Assembly (NCBI GenBank): GCA_045541355.1 | Contig: JAZQIW010000116.1 | Coordinates: 1-60,954 of the forward strand | Reading direction: 5' to 3' | DNA: 60,954 nt | From: Eubacteriales bacterium | GTDB taxonomy: Bacteria; Bacillota; Clostridia; Oscillospirales; CAG-382 | Shown here: positions 45,865 to 54,256 of the stretch, piece after piece | Numbering within the stretch: position 1 is the stretch's first letter | Layout of the letters: each line of letters starts with the position of its first letter | The notes under the pieces: model-generated | The model's input: only the letters and a program-made list of their open reading frames with translations | The model's database searches: none | Told to the model about the DNA's origin: nothing | Position numbers and translations under genes: made by a program

Positions 45865-47271
45865 TCAGCCGATTTTACCGTAGCTTCTGTTGAATTCCTG
45901 AAGCTTTATGATAGCCTGAGATTCGTTGGCAGCATAGTATGAGGAGAAATCGGGGTTGTTGAGCTGTGCAAGGTCGCGTCCTGCGGACTGGAATGTGCCG
46001 CCCGATATGTAGCCGAGGTCATAAATAAGGGAGTCCTTGATTATGTCAACCATAGCTTCGGATTCTGCGTCTCTTGAGAACTTTGTCTTAAGAGAGATTT
46101 CGTAGAATGCGGGGATAACGTCGCGTGAACCAATGGCACAAAGAGCTTCTGTGATGTTACCTGTTCTTGAAGTGTCCTCAACCGTTACAGGCATAACAAC
46201 AAGGCTTGAACCGCCGCCGATGATGGTTGTATACTCGTCGTCATCAGCGAACTTGGGATAGGGAAGAATACCGAAATCGTCGGACATATTACGAAGCGAC
46301 TGAGCTTCGCCGAGACACTTTTCAGCAATAAGAGCTCTTCCTTCTCTGAAGGGGTCTGAGGCGATGGAAACGCTTTCCTTCTTGAGGTAAGCATCATCGG
46401 ACATGAGCAGATCAAAGTATTCCGCAAAGATGTCAACGGTTTTTGCACTGTTAAGAGTAAGCTTGGGAACGCCTCTTGCATCCTTTGTGTAGATTCTCTG
46501 TCCGCCTGTGTAAAGCACAGCAATGGGACCGTACCAGTCAACGCCGTAGTAGCCGTACTGGTCAACGTCGGGATGCATTATACCGTCACCCGAAAGGTCC
46601 TTTGAACCCTTCTTTGCGATTTTTTTCATTTCATCAAAGGTCCATTCCCCGTCAAGAACCATTTCATAAGGGTACTCAAGACCAAGCTCGTCAAAAATAG
46701 TCTTGTTGAAGAACAGTGCGTACGAATAGTAGAGTCTGTGCGTAGAAATGTCGCCGTCGAGAACATAAAGATGGCCGTTTACACTGCAGGAATCAACTAT
46801 GTCCTTTGACCACCAGGGCTTGTCAAGATGAATGGTGTCAACCTCGTGGAAATTTACAAGGGTGTTCTGAATGGCATATGAAAAGGCTGTTCTTGCATGG
46901 GGAAGAATGATATCGTACTGGTCATCACCGGCAAGAATACTGCTTATTGCATCGTCGGCTGTTGTGCTTACCGATTCAATGGCGGTAATGTCAATGTTGA
47001 ATAGAGCCTTTACGGTTTCATTTCTTCTGTAAACGGCGTCATTTATGATATCGCCTGTTTCTTCTTCAATGTACTGATTGTCAATCATGTCATTGCGGGT
47101 GAGAATTCTGAAGTTGTAGCCGTCGTAGTCTTCTATTTTAAGATGCTGAATATAATCATCATTGGTGTCAACTACGGCTTTTTCTCTTTCTTTTTCAGCT
47201 TTTTTGCAGGAGCTGATGGTAAAAACAGCCACCATGGCAAGAGCAAAACAAGCAAATTTTCTGAATTTCAA
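45865..47271 (-). CDS. Extracellular solute-binding lipoprotein (sugar SBP-like), paralog 1
   Basis: TTG start after AAAGGAGGT; lipobox ISSC; FFNKTIFDELG, GEWTFDEM, FGILPYPK. Confidence 0.85.
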   Translation of the reverse strand: MKFRKFACFALAMVAVFTISSCKKAEKEREKAVVDTNDDYIQHLKIEDYDGYNFRILTRNDMIDNQYIEEETGDIINDAVYRRNETVKALFNIDITAIESVSTTADDAISSILAGDDQYDIILPHARTAFSYAIQNTLVNFHEVDTIHLDKPWWSKDIVDSCSVNGHLYVLDGDISTHRLYYSYALFFNKTIFDELGLEYPYEMVLDGEWTFDEMKKIAKKGSKDLSGDGIMHPDVDQYGYYGVDWYGPIAVLYTGGQRIYTKDARGVPKLTLNSAKTVDIFAEYFDLLMSDDAYLKKESVSIASDPFREGRALIAEKCLGEAQSLRNMSDDFGILPYPKFADDDEYTTIIGGGSSLVVMPVTVEDTSRTGNITEALCAIGSRDVIPAFYEISLKTKFSRDAESEAMVDIIKDSLIYDLGYISGGTFQSAGRDLAQLNNPDFSSYYAANESQAIIKLQEFNRSYGKIG

Positions 47272-47298
47272 TCCAATTACCTCCTTTGTATATTTTTT

Positions 47299-47327
47299 AT
47301 TATACACCCTGTTGCAGAATTTGTCCA
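47299..47327 (-). promoter_or_regulatory. SigA-type promoter of SBP paralog 1
   Basis: TGGACA-N17-TATAAT. Confidence 0.7.
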
Positions 47328-47381
47328 CAGGTTTTGCAAAAAATGTAAAAAAATATAAAAAATACAAAAAATACATAAAGC

Positions 47382-47410
47382 AAAAAGCAGAGCCGTAAAG
47401 ACTCTGCTTT
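47382..47410 (-). terminator. Terminator of SBP paralog 2
   Basis: AAAGCAGAG...CTCTGCTTT. Confidence 0.7.
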
Positions 47411-47433
47411 AAATTATGTATTAATTCCGTAAA

Positions 47434-48849
47434 TTAACCAATCTTTCCGTATGCCTTGTTGAATTCATCAAGCTTAACAAGAGCTGCTGATTCGTTAGCT
47501 GCATAGTAGGAAGAGAAGTCGGGGTTGTTCTGATGTGAGAGACTGTAACCGATGGAGTTGAAGGTACCGCCGGAAACATAACCGAGGTCGTAAATGAGGG
47601 AGTTCTTAATAACGTCAATCATTTTTTCGGACTCTGCGTCTCTTGAGAACTTTGTCTTAAGGGAAACTTCATAGAAAGCAGGAATAACGTCGCGGGAACC
47701 GATAGCACAAAGAGCTTCTGTGATGTTACCTGTTCTTTCGTAGTCTTCAACGGTAATGGGCATAAGCATAAGGCTTGCATGACCGTTGATTACGGTAGCA
47801 TATTCGTCGTTATCCGAAAACTTAGGCCAAGGAAGAATACCGAAATCATCGCTCATACCTCTGTAACCCTTTGCATTGCCGAGGTCGGAGTCTGAAAACA
47901 TTGCTCTGCCTGCGGGGAAGAGGTCTTCCTTTGCCATTCTCTTCTGGTCAAGCTGAAGGAATACATCATCGGAATCTGCAAGATCAAAGAAATCGGAGAA
48001 TATGTCAATTGTCTTTGCATTGTTAAGCGTAAGCTTGGGAATACCTCTTGCATCCTTTGTGTAGATTCTCTGTCCGCCTGTGTAAAGCACCTGAATGGGA
48101 CCGAACCAGTCTCTTGTGTAATAACCGAACTGGTCATCATCCTGATGCATGATACCGTCACCGTTGAGGTCCTTGGAGCCCTTCTTTACAAGCTTAGAGA
48201 ATGCATCAAATGTCCATTCGCCGTCAAGAACCAAGTCGTAAGGATATTCAAGTCCGAGCTCATCAAAGATGGTCTTGTTGAAATACATACAGAAAGCAAA
48301 GTGAAGTCTGTGAGTGGCAATATCACCGTCAAGAACGTAAAGATGTCCGTTTACGTTACAGGAATCGATAATGTCCTTTGACCACCAGGGCTTGTCGAGG
48401 TGGAGAGACTTTACATCGTTGTAGTTGACGAGAGTGTTCTGAACAGCATAGGTGAAAGCACTTCTTGAGTGGGGGAAAATCAGGTCATACTGGTCATCAC
48501 CCGCAAGGATGCTGTTAAGGGCATCTGTTTCACTGCCGTTTGTAGAAGACTCGGTAGCAACGATGTTGATGTTGAGAAGAGACTTTACTGTTTCGTTTCT
48601 TCTGTAAACGGCGTCGCTTACGATGTCACCTGTTTCTTCTTCAACATATTGGTCGGTAATGAGACCCTTTCTGGCGAGGATTCTGAATTCGTAGCCGTCA
48701 TAATCCTCAATCTGAATGTGCTGAAGGTACTCGTCATCTGTGTCAATTTGAGCTGAAGTGCCGCCCTTTTTTTCTTCCTTCTTACAAGCAGTAACTGCAA
48801 GAATAGTAAGAAGTGAAAGAACGAGGCAGGCGATTTTTTTGAATTTCAA
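47434..48849 (-). CDS. Extracellular solute-binding lipoprotein, paralog 2
   Basis: TTG start after AAGGAGGT; lipobox VTAC; colinear with paralogs 1 and 3. Confidence 0.85.
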   Translation of the reverse strand: MKFKKIACLVLSLLTILAVTACKKEEKKGGTSAQIDTDDEYLQHIQIEDYDGYEFRILARKGLITDQYVEEETGDIVSDAVYRRNETVKSLLNINIVATESSTNGSETDALNSILAGDDQYDLIFPHSRSAFTYAVQNTLVNYNDVKSLHLDKPWWSKDIIDSCNVNGHLYVLDGDIATHRLHFAFCMYFNKTIFDELGLEYPYDLVLDGEWTFDAFSKLVKKGSKDLNGDGIMHQDDDQFGYYTRDWFGPIQVLYTGGQRIYTKDARGIPKLTLNNAKTIDIFSDFFDLADSDDVFLQLDQKRMAKEDLFPAGRAMFSDSDLGNAKGYRGMSDDFGILPWPKFSDNDEYATVINGHASLMLMPITVEDYERTGNITEALCAIGSRDVIPAFYEVSLKTKFSRDAESEKMIDVIKNSLIYDLGYVSGGTFNSIGYSLSHQNNPDFSSYYAANESAALVKLDEFNKAYGKIG

Positions 48850-48882
48850 AAGATTCAACCTCCTTATAAATATAACGATGTA

Positions 48883-48911
48883 ATTATATACCTTTTTTGG
48901 GGTTTTGTCTA
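48883..48911 (-). promoter_or_regulatory. SigA-type promoter of SBP paralog 2
   Basis: TAGACA-N17-TATAAT. Confidence 0.7.
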
Positions 48912-48974
48912 CATATTCTTGAAATTGTATAAAAAATATAGACTGAAAGTTTAAAGTTTGTTATATTTTTGCAG

Positions 48975-49005
48975 AAAAAAACGGGATACTTTTCGGTATC
49001 CCGTT
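48975..49005 (-). terminator. Terminator of SBP paralog 3
   Basis: AACGGGATAC-TTTTCG-GTATCCCGTT with an A-run to its left. Confidence 0.8.
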
Positions 49006-49033
49006 CAGTGTAAGGTGTGTTCTTACGTTTTTA

Positions 49034-50449
49034 TCAGCCGATTTTTCCGTATGCCTTGTTGAATTCTGCAAGCTTAACGAGAGCAGCGGATTCCTTTGAA
49101 GCATAGTAGGAGGAGAAGTCGGGATTGTTCTGTTTAGCAAGGTCGCTGCCGGCAGACTGGAATGTACCGCCGGAGGAATAACCGAGGTCATAGATGATGG
49201 AATCCTTGATAATGTCTATCATTTTTTCGGATTCTGCGTCTCTTGAGAACTTTGTCTTAAGAGATACTTCATAGAAAGCAGGAATAACATCGCGGGAACC
49301 GATAGCACAGAGAGCCTCTGTGATAGCACCTGTTCTTTCGTAGTCCTCGACTGTAATGGGCATTATCATAAGGCTTGAATGACCGTTTACGATTGTTCTG
49401 TACTCATCGTCTTGTGAGAATTTGGGCCAGGGAACAATACCGAAGTCGTCATTCATGCTTCTGAGTGCCTTTGCCTGACCGAGACCTCTGTCGGCAAACA
49501 TTGCTCTGCCGTGGGAGAAAAGATCCTCCTTGGGTGATTCATTGTTCATTTGAACAAAGAGGAATACGTCGTCGGTTTCTGCAAGATCAAAGAACTTGGA
49601 GAATATGTCAACGGTTTTTGAGCTGTTGAGAGTAAGTTGGGGAACGCCTCTTGCATCCTTTGAGTAGATTCTCTGTCCGCCTGTGTAAAGCACATTGATA
49701 GGACCGTACCAGTTCCATGTGTAGTAACCGAACTGGTCATACTCGTTGTGAAGAATACCGTCACCGTTGAGGTCCTTTGAGCCCCTCTTTACAAGCTTCG
49801 AGAATGCATCGAATGTCCATTCGCCGTCAAGAACCAGGTCGTAAGGATACTCAAGTCCGAGCTCATCGAAGATGGTCTTGTTGAAATACATACAGAAAGC
49901 ATAGGTAAGTCTGTGTGTTGCAATGTCTCCGTCAAGAACATAAAGACGTCCGTTTACATTACAGGAGTCAACAATGTCCTTTGACCACCAGGGCTTGTCG
50001 AGATGGAGAGACTTTACCTCGTTGTAGTTTACAAGAGTGTTCTGTACCGCATAGGTGAAAGCACTTCTTGAGTGGGGGAAAATCAGGTCATACTGATCGT
50101 CGCCCGCAAGGATGCTGTTAAGTGCATCTGTTTCGCCGCCGCCTGATGAGGACTCTGTCGCAACAATGTCAATGTTGAAGAGAGACTTTACGGTTTCATT
50201 TCTTCTGTAAATGGCATCGCTTACGATGTCACCCGTTTCTTCTTCGACATACTGGTCGTTTATCATGCCTTTTCTCGACAGAATTCTGAATTGGTAGCCG
50301 TCGAAGTCCTGAACGTCAAGCTGCTCTATGTATTCGTCAGATGCTATGTCATCGCGAGCAGTTTGTTCTTTCTCTTCTTTTTTGCAGGCTGCAAGAGACA
50401 CGGCAACAACCGCGGCAAGTGCAAAGCACGCAATGTTTCTTAGTTTCAA
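49034..50449 (-). CDS. Extracellular solute-binding lipoprotein, paralog 3
   Basis: TTG start after GGGGGGT; lipobox LAAC; colinear with paralogs 1 and 2. Confidence 0.85.
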   Translation of the reverse strand: MKLRNIACFALAAVVAVSLAACKKEEKEQTARDDIASDEYIEQLDVQDFDGYQFRILSRKGMINDQYVEEETGDIVSDAIYRRNETVKSLFNIDIVATESSSGGGETDALNSILAGDDQYDLIFPHSRSAFTYAVQNTLVNYNEVKSLHLDKPWWSKDIVDSCNVNGRLYVLDGDIATHRLTYAFCMYFNKTIFDELGLEYPYDLVLDGEWTFDAFSKLVKRGSKDLNGDGILHNEYDQFGYYTWNWYGPINVLYTGGQRIYSKDARGVPQLTLNSSKTVDIFSKFFDLAETDDVFLFVQMNNESPKEDLFSHGRAMFADRGLGQAKALRSMNDDFGIVPWPKFSQDDEYRTIVNGHSSLMIMPITVEDYERTGAITEALCAIGSRDVIPAFYEVSLKTKFSRDAESEKMIDIIKDSIIYDLGYSSGGTFQSAGSDLAKQNNPDFSSYYASKESAALVKLAEFNKAYGKIG

Positions 50450-50482
50450 TGAAATACCCCCCAAAATCATCATTATGAGCAC

Positions 50483-50511
50483 ATTATACATTACTTTTTA
50501 TCATTTGTCTA
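50483..50511 (-). promoter_or_regulatory. SigA-type promoter of SBP paralog 3
   Basis: TAGACA-N17-TATAAT. Confidence 0.7.
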
Positions 50512-50530
50512 CCTTTTTTTGTAAAAAAAT

Positions 50531-50561
50531 AAAAAAAGCGGACACGTTTTCGTGCCCGCTG
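50531..50561 (-). terminator. pfkA terminator
   Basis: AGCGGACACG-TTTT-CGTGCCCGCT with an A7 run to its left. Confidence 0.75.
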
Positions 50562-50575
50562 CTTAGATTTGTCTG

Positions 50576-51643
50576 TTAGATGGAAATTCTCTCTGCAAGA
50601 TTGTAAAGACGAGTGAGATAATCCTTTTTGGAAGCAGCTCTTTCAAGCATCTCTTCTCTGAGAGTGGGCTCGATTGCCGCAATTTCTTCTTCGGTTGCCT
50701 TGCCCTTTACGATTCTGTCGAAGGTAAAAGCGTATTCCATTTCGGAAATGTGAATGTTGCCTCTTCGGTAGCATACAACCTCGTTGTATCTGCCCTCAAG
50801 AAGCTGCTCAACGGCACGGTTGCCCATTCTTGTTGCCATTACTCTGTCGGTACAGCTTGGAGAACCGCCTCTCTGTACGTGTGCAAGAACGGCAAGTCTT
50901 GTTTCAACACCCGTTTTTTCTTCTATTTCCTTTGTAAGCTCTGCCGAGTAGTTCTTTCCCATACCTTCGGAAACCATAACGATAAAGTTGCGCTTGCCGT
51001 GGTGTGAAAGCTCAATAATGTTCTTTAAGAGTCGGTCCTTGTTAAAGGCGATTTCGGGAATGGCGATGCCTGTTGCACCGATTGCGATACCGCATTCAAC
51101 GGGAATGTAGCCTGCGTGTCTGCCCATTACCTCAACAACATTGCATCTTGCATGGGATTCACAGGTGTCTCTGAGTCTGTCAACCATTTCGATAACCGTG
51201 TTCTTTGCCGTGTCGTAACCTATGGTGTAGTCGGTTGCCGAGATGTCGTTGTCAATTGTACAGGGAATACCTATGCAGGGAATACCGCTTCTTGAAAGGT
51301 CGGTAGCACCTCTGAAGGTGCCGTCGCCGCCGAGGGTAACAATACCGTCAATGCCGTTCTTTTTGCAGTTTTCAACAGCAAGGGCAATACCCTCAGCCGT
51401 CTTGAACTTGTCGCATCTGTCGGAGTAGAGCATAGTGCCGCCGTGATTCAATATATTGGAAACATCTCTTTCGGAGAGAAGCTTCATATCGTTTTCTATA
51501 AGTCCCTTGTAGCCGCAATAAATGCCCATGACCTCAATGCCGCGGGAAATTGCACTTCGTACTACACTTCTGATTGCAGCGTTCATACCGGGTGCATCGC
51601 CGCCGGATGTGAGAACACCGATTCTTCTAAATTCTTTAGCCAT
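50576..51643 (-). CDS. pfkA: ATP-dependent 6-phosphofructokinase
   Basis: TSGGDAPGMN, GGDGT, TIDND, VEVMGR, HVQRGG. Confidence 0.96.
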   Translation of the reverse strand: MAKEFRRIGVLTSGGDAPGMNAAIRSVVRSAISRGIEVMGIYCGYKGLIENDMKLLSERDVSNILNHGGTMLYSDRCDKFKTAEGIALAVENCKKNGIDGIVTLGGDGTFRGATDLSRSGIPCIGIPCTIDNDISATDYTIGYDTAKNTVIEMVDRLRDTCESHARCNVVEVMGRHAGYIPVECGIAIGATGIAIPEIAFNKDRLLKNIIELSHHGKRNFIVMVSEGMGKNYSAELTKEIEEKTGVETRLAVLAHVQRGGSPSCTDRVMATRMGNRAVEQLLEGRYNEVVCYRRGNIHISEMEYAFTFDRIVKGKATEEEIAAIEPTLREEMLERAASKKDYLTRLYNLAERISI

Positions 51644-51811
51644 TATATCTACCTCTGAATGTAAGTGGTCAAGTCGGTCTGAAGTATAACGTTAAATAAT
51701 TAACACAAGACCGTACTTGCTTATTATAATTGTATTTTCCCCTCAATCTGTAAACACATTGCAAAATAAATGTTACAATTTAAAGATGTCATGTGATTTT
51801 GTAACCTGCTG

Positions 51812-51840
51812 TTGACAAAAACGCTTGAATTTGCTATAAT
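51812..51840 (+). promoter_or_regulatory. Consensus SigA promoter of the HPr-like gene
   Basis: TTGACA-N17-TATAAT with extended -10 TG. Confidence 0.85.
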
Positions 51841-51873
51841 AACCCCGTAATGTTTTTAAGGAGGTAATGCAAA

Positions 51874-52104
51874 ATGAAAACATTAATGATTAAGCTTTCG
51901 ACAATCGAAGAGGTAAGAAAGTTTGTTAATACCGTATGCGCTTTTGAAGGAGAGGTTGACCTCAAATCGGGCAGATACGTAATTGATGCAAAGTCTATCA
52001 TGGGTATTTTCAGCCTTGACCTTTTAAAGCCCATCGAAATGACAATTCATTCCGATGACTGCGATGACCTTGTTGAAAAGTTAAAGGAATTTGTGGTTGA
52101 ATAA
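51874..52104 (+). CDS. HPr-family protein lacking the His15 motif
   Basis: IDAKSIMGIFSL (Ser46 motif) present; no GxHARP; RBS AAGGAGGT. Confidence 0.88.
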   Translation: MKTLMIKLSTIEEVRKFVNTVCAFEGEVDLKSGRYVIDAKSIMGIFSLDLLKPIEMTIHSDDCDDLVEKLKEFVVE

Positions 52105-52125
52105 ACAGCACAAAACAGAAGAGAC

Positions 52126-52153
52126 AGCCGTTTCCGCGCGAAACGGCTTTTTT
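52126..52153 (+). terminator. Terminator of the HPr-like gene
   Basis: AGCCGTTTC-CGCGC-GAAACGGCT followed by TTTTT. Confidence 0.85.
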
Positions 52154-52294
52154 GTGTCTTTTTGTAATAATGTAAAATTAATAAAATGTCTATTTACTTT
52201 TATACTTTAAGTTGTTATAATATTAAAATAACGTCGAAAGACAAAAATAATAAGGAAAGAGCTGCATTGTTTGCGGCTAACGGGTAAAACTGAA

Positions 52295-52588
52295 ATGAAT
52301 GAAAAATTAAAGAGCCCGCAGGTCAATAACCTTTTCAGAGCAATTCTCTCGCTTGAAACGATAGAGGAATGCTATGACCTTTTTGAAGATTTGTGTACTG
52401 TTGCCGAAATCAGGGAAATGGCAAAGAGAGTGGCGGCTGCCCATATGCTTTCCGAAGGTAAAAAATATACCGAGATAGCAGAGGCGACGGGACTTTCCAC
52501 AGCCACCATCAGCCGTGTAAACCGCTGCCTCAAGTACGGAAGCGACGGCTACACAAGAGCACTCAGTAAAATAGAATATGAAGAATAA
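52295..52588 (+). CDS. YerC/YecD TrpR-related protein
   Basis: LFRAILSLETIEECYDLFEDLCT, TGLSTATISRVNRCL.YG; start could also be TTG 52271. Confidence 0.9.
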   Translation: MNEKLKSPQVNNLFRAILSLETIEECYDLFEDLCTVAEIREMAKRVAAAHMLSEGKKYTEIAEATGLSTATISRVNRCLKYGSDGYTRALSKIEYEE

Positions 52589-53342
52589 GGGCTACGGACA
52601 GTACCTTTCCGAGGTTTATGACAGACTCAATGCAGAGGTTGACCCTAAGGAATGGGCAAGCTTTTGCGAGGAGTGCTTCAGAAAATATGCCATGTGCGAT
52701 GTAAAGCACGTGTGCGAAATAGCCTGCGGAACGGGAAGCGTGTCAATAGAGCTTGAAAAGCGCGGCTATAAGCTGACAAGCAGCGATTTGTCAGAGGATA
52801 TGCTGTCGATTGCCGACAATAAGGCGTTTGAGACGGGCTGCAAAAATGTTGTCTTTGCAAAGCAGGATATGTGCTCATTCACGGCGGCAAATAAGGCGGG
52901 GGCAGTAATATGCCTTCTTGACAGCGTGAACTGCCTGCTTGCGCCAAAGAACGTAAAAATGTGCTTTGAAAGCGCATTTAATATACTTGCGGACGGCGGA
53001 GTGTTTGTATTTGATGTAAACTCAAGGTTTAAATTTGAGAACATCTATGCAGATAAAGCCTATGTTCTTGAGGATGACGGAGTGCTGTGTGCATGGCAGA
53101 ATTATTATGATGCCGACAAAAAGATATGCGATTTTTATCTGTCCTTTTTTATGGAAAATGATGACGGCACGTATTCCCGCCACGATGAAATAAATAAGGA
53201 AAGAATGTATACCGAAAAGAATATACGCTCGTATCTTGAAGCGGCAGGCTTTTCGGGTATATATTGCTTTGGCGGCATGGATTTTTCGGCGGCTGACGAA
53301 AATAAAAACGAAAGACTTCATTTTGTTGCCGTAAAGCAATAG
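52578..53342 (+). CDS. Class I SAM-dependent methyltransferase (YqeM-like)
   Basis: EIACGTG motif I, DLSEDML, QDM, GVFVFDVN. Confidence 0.88.
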   Translation: MKNKGYGQYLSEVYDRLNAEVDPKEWASFCEECFRKYAMCDVKHVCEIACGTGSVSIELEKRGYKLTSSDLSEDMLSIADNKAFETGCKNVVFAKQDMCSFTAANKAGAVICLLDSVNCLLAPKNVKMCFESAFNILADGGVFVFDVNSRFKFENIYADKAYVLEDDGVLCAWQNYYDADKKICDFYLSFFMENDDGTYSRHDEINKERMYTEKNIRSYLEAAGFSGIYCFGGMDFSAADENKNERLHFVAVKQ

Positions 53343-53374
53343 TCAGCAAAAAACGAAATATAGGGATTGATTGG

Positions 53375-54256
53375 ATGTTAGATAATACAATTACACGTGC
53401 CATGACGCGATGCGGCTCGGCAAGGATAATCATAATAAACTCAAAGGCAATGGTAAACGATGCCATTCGTATACATAACCTTTCACCCACCGCTGCGGCG
53501 GCTCTCGGAAGAACCCTTACCGCAACAAGTATGGCGGGAATCATGCTTAAAGATAAGGAAGATACTGTAACCGTAACCTTTAACGGAGACGGGGTGTGCG
53601 GCAAGGTGCTTGCGGTTTCGGATTATTACGGAAATACCAAGGGCTTTGTGCAGAACCCTCAGGCGGATCTTCCCTTGAATTCAAGGGGAAAGCTTGACGT
53701 TGCGGGTGCCGTGGGAAAGGGCACAATGAGTATCGTAAAGGATATGGGACAGGGCGAGCCCTTTGTGGGACTTGTACCGATAGTTTCCGGGGAAATCGCC
53801 GAGGACTTTACAAATTATTATGCCACAAGCGAGCAGACACCGACAGTCTGTGCTCTTGGTGTGCTTATGGGTAACGACTATAAGTGCCGTGCGGCAGGGG
53901 GCTTTATGATACAGCTTCTCCCGGGCACCGACGATAAGTTTATTGACAGACTTGAAGCAAGATTGCCTCTTATTCCTCCCGTTTCCCATATGTTCTCAAG
54001 CGGTAAGACAAACGAGGAATACTTAAAGGAAATTCTTGGGGATATTGAATTTGATATTTTTGATGAGGCTGATGTTTCCTATTATTGCGAATGCTCAAGG
54101 GAAAGAGTCGAGAGGGCAGTGCTGTCAATAGGACAAAAGGAGCTTTCTGAAATGATAGAGGAGGGCAAGGACGTTGAGGTATCCTGCCAGTTCTGCGATA
54201 AAATATATAAATTCACAAAGAGCGATCTTGAAAAACTTGCAAAGGGCGCAAAATAA
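53375..54256 (+). CDS. hslO: Hsp33 redox-regulated chaperone
   Basis: AAALGRTLT, SGEIAED, SEQTP, AGGFMIQLLPG, CECS...CQFC zinc centre. Confidence 0.96.
   Translation: MLDNTITRAMTRCGSARIIIINSKAMVNDAIRIHNLSPTAAAALGRTLTATSMAGIMLKDKEDTVTVTFNGDGVCGKVLAVSDYYGNTKGFVQNPQADLPLNSRGKLDVAGAVGKGTMSIVKDMGQGEPFVGLVPIVSGEIAEDFTNYYATSEQTPTVCALGVLMGNDYKCRAAGGFMIQLLPGTDDKFIDRLEARLPLIPPVSHMFSSGKTNEEYLKEILGDIEFDIFDEADVSYYCECSRERVERAVLSIGQKELSEMIEEGKDVEVSCQFCDKIYKFTKSDLEKLAKGAK

Noticed and set aside
45865-50449. Diversity-generating retroelement acting on the SBP paralogs
   Set aside because: No reverse transcriptase or template repeat is present, and the differences are not adenine-specific or confined to the C-terminus.
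45742-50511. Genomic island integrated at tRNA-Val
   Set aside because: No integrase, no second copy of the tRNA 3' end seen, and SBP codon style resembles the highly expressed native genes.
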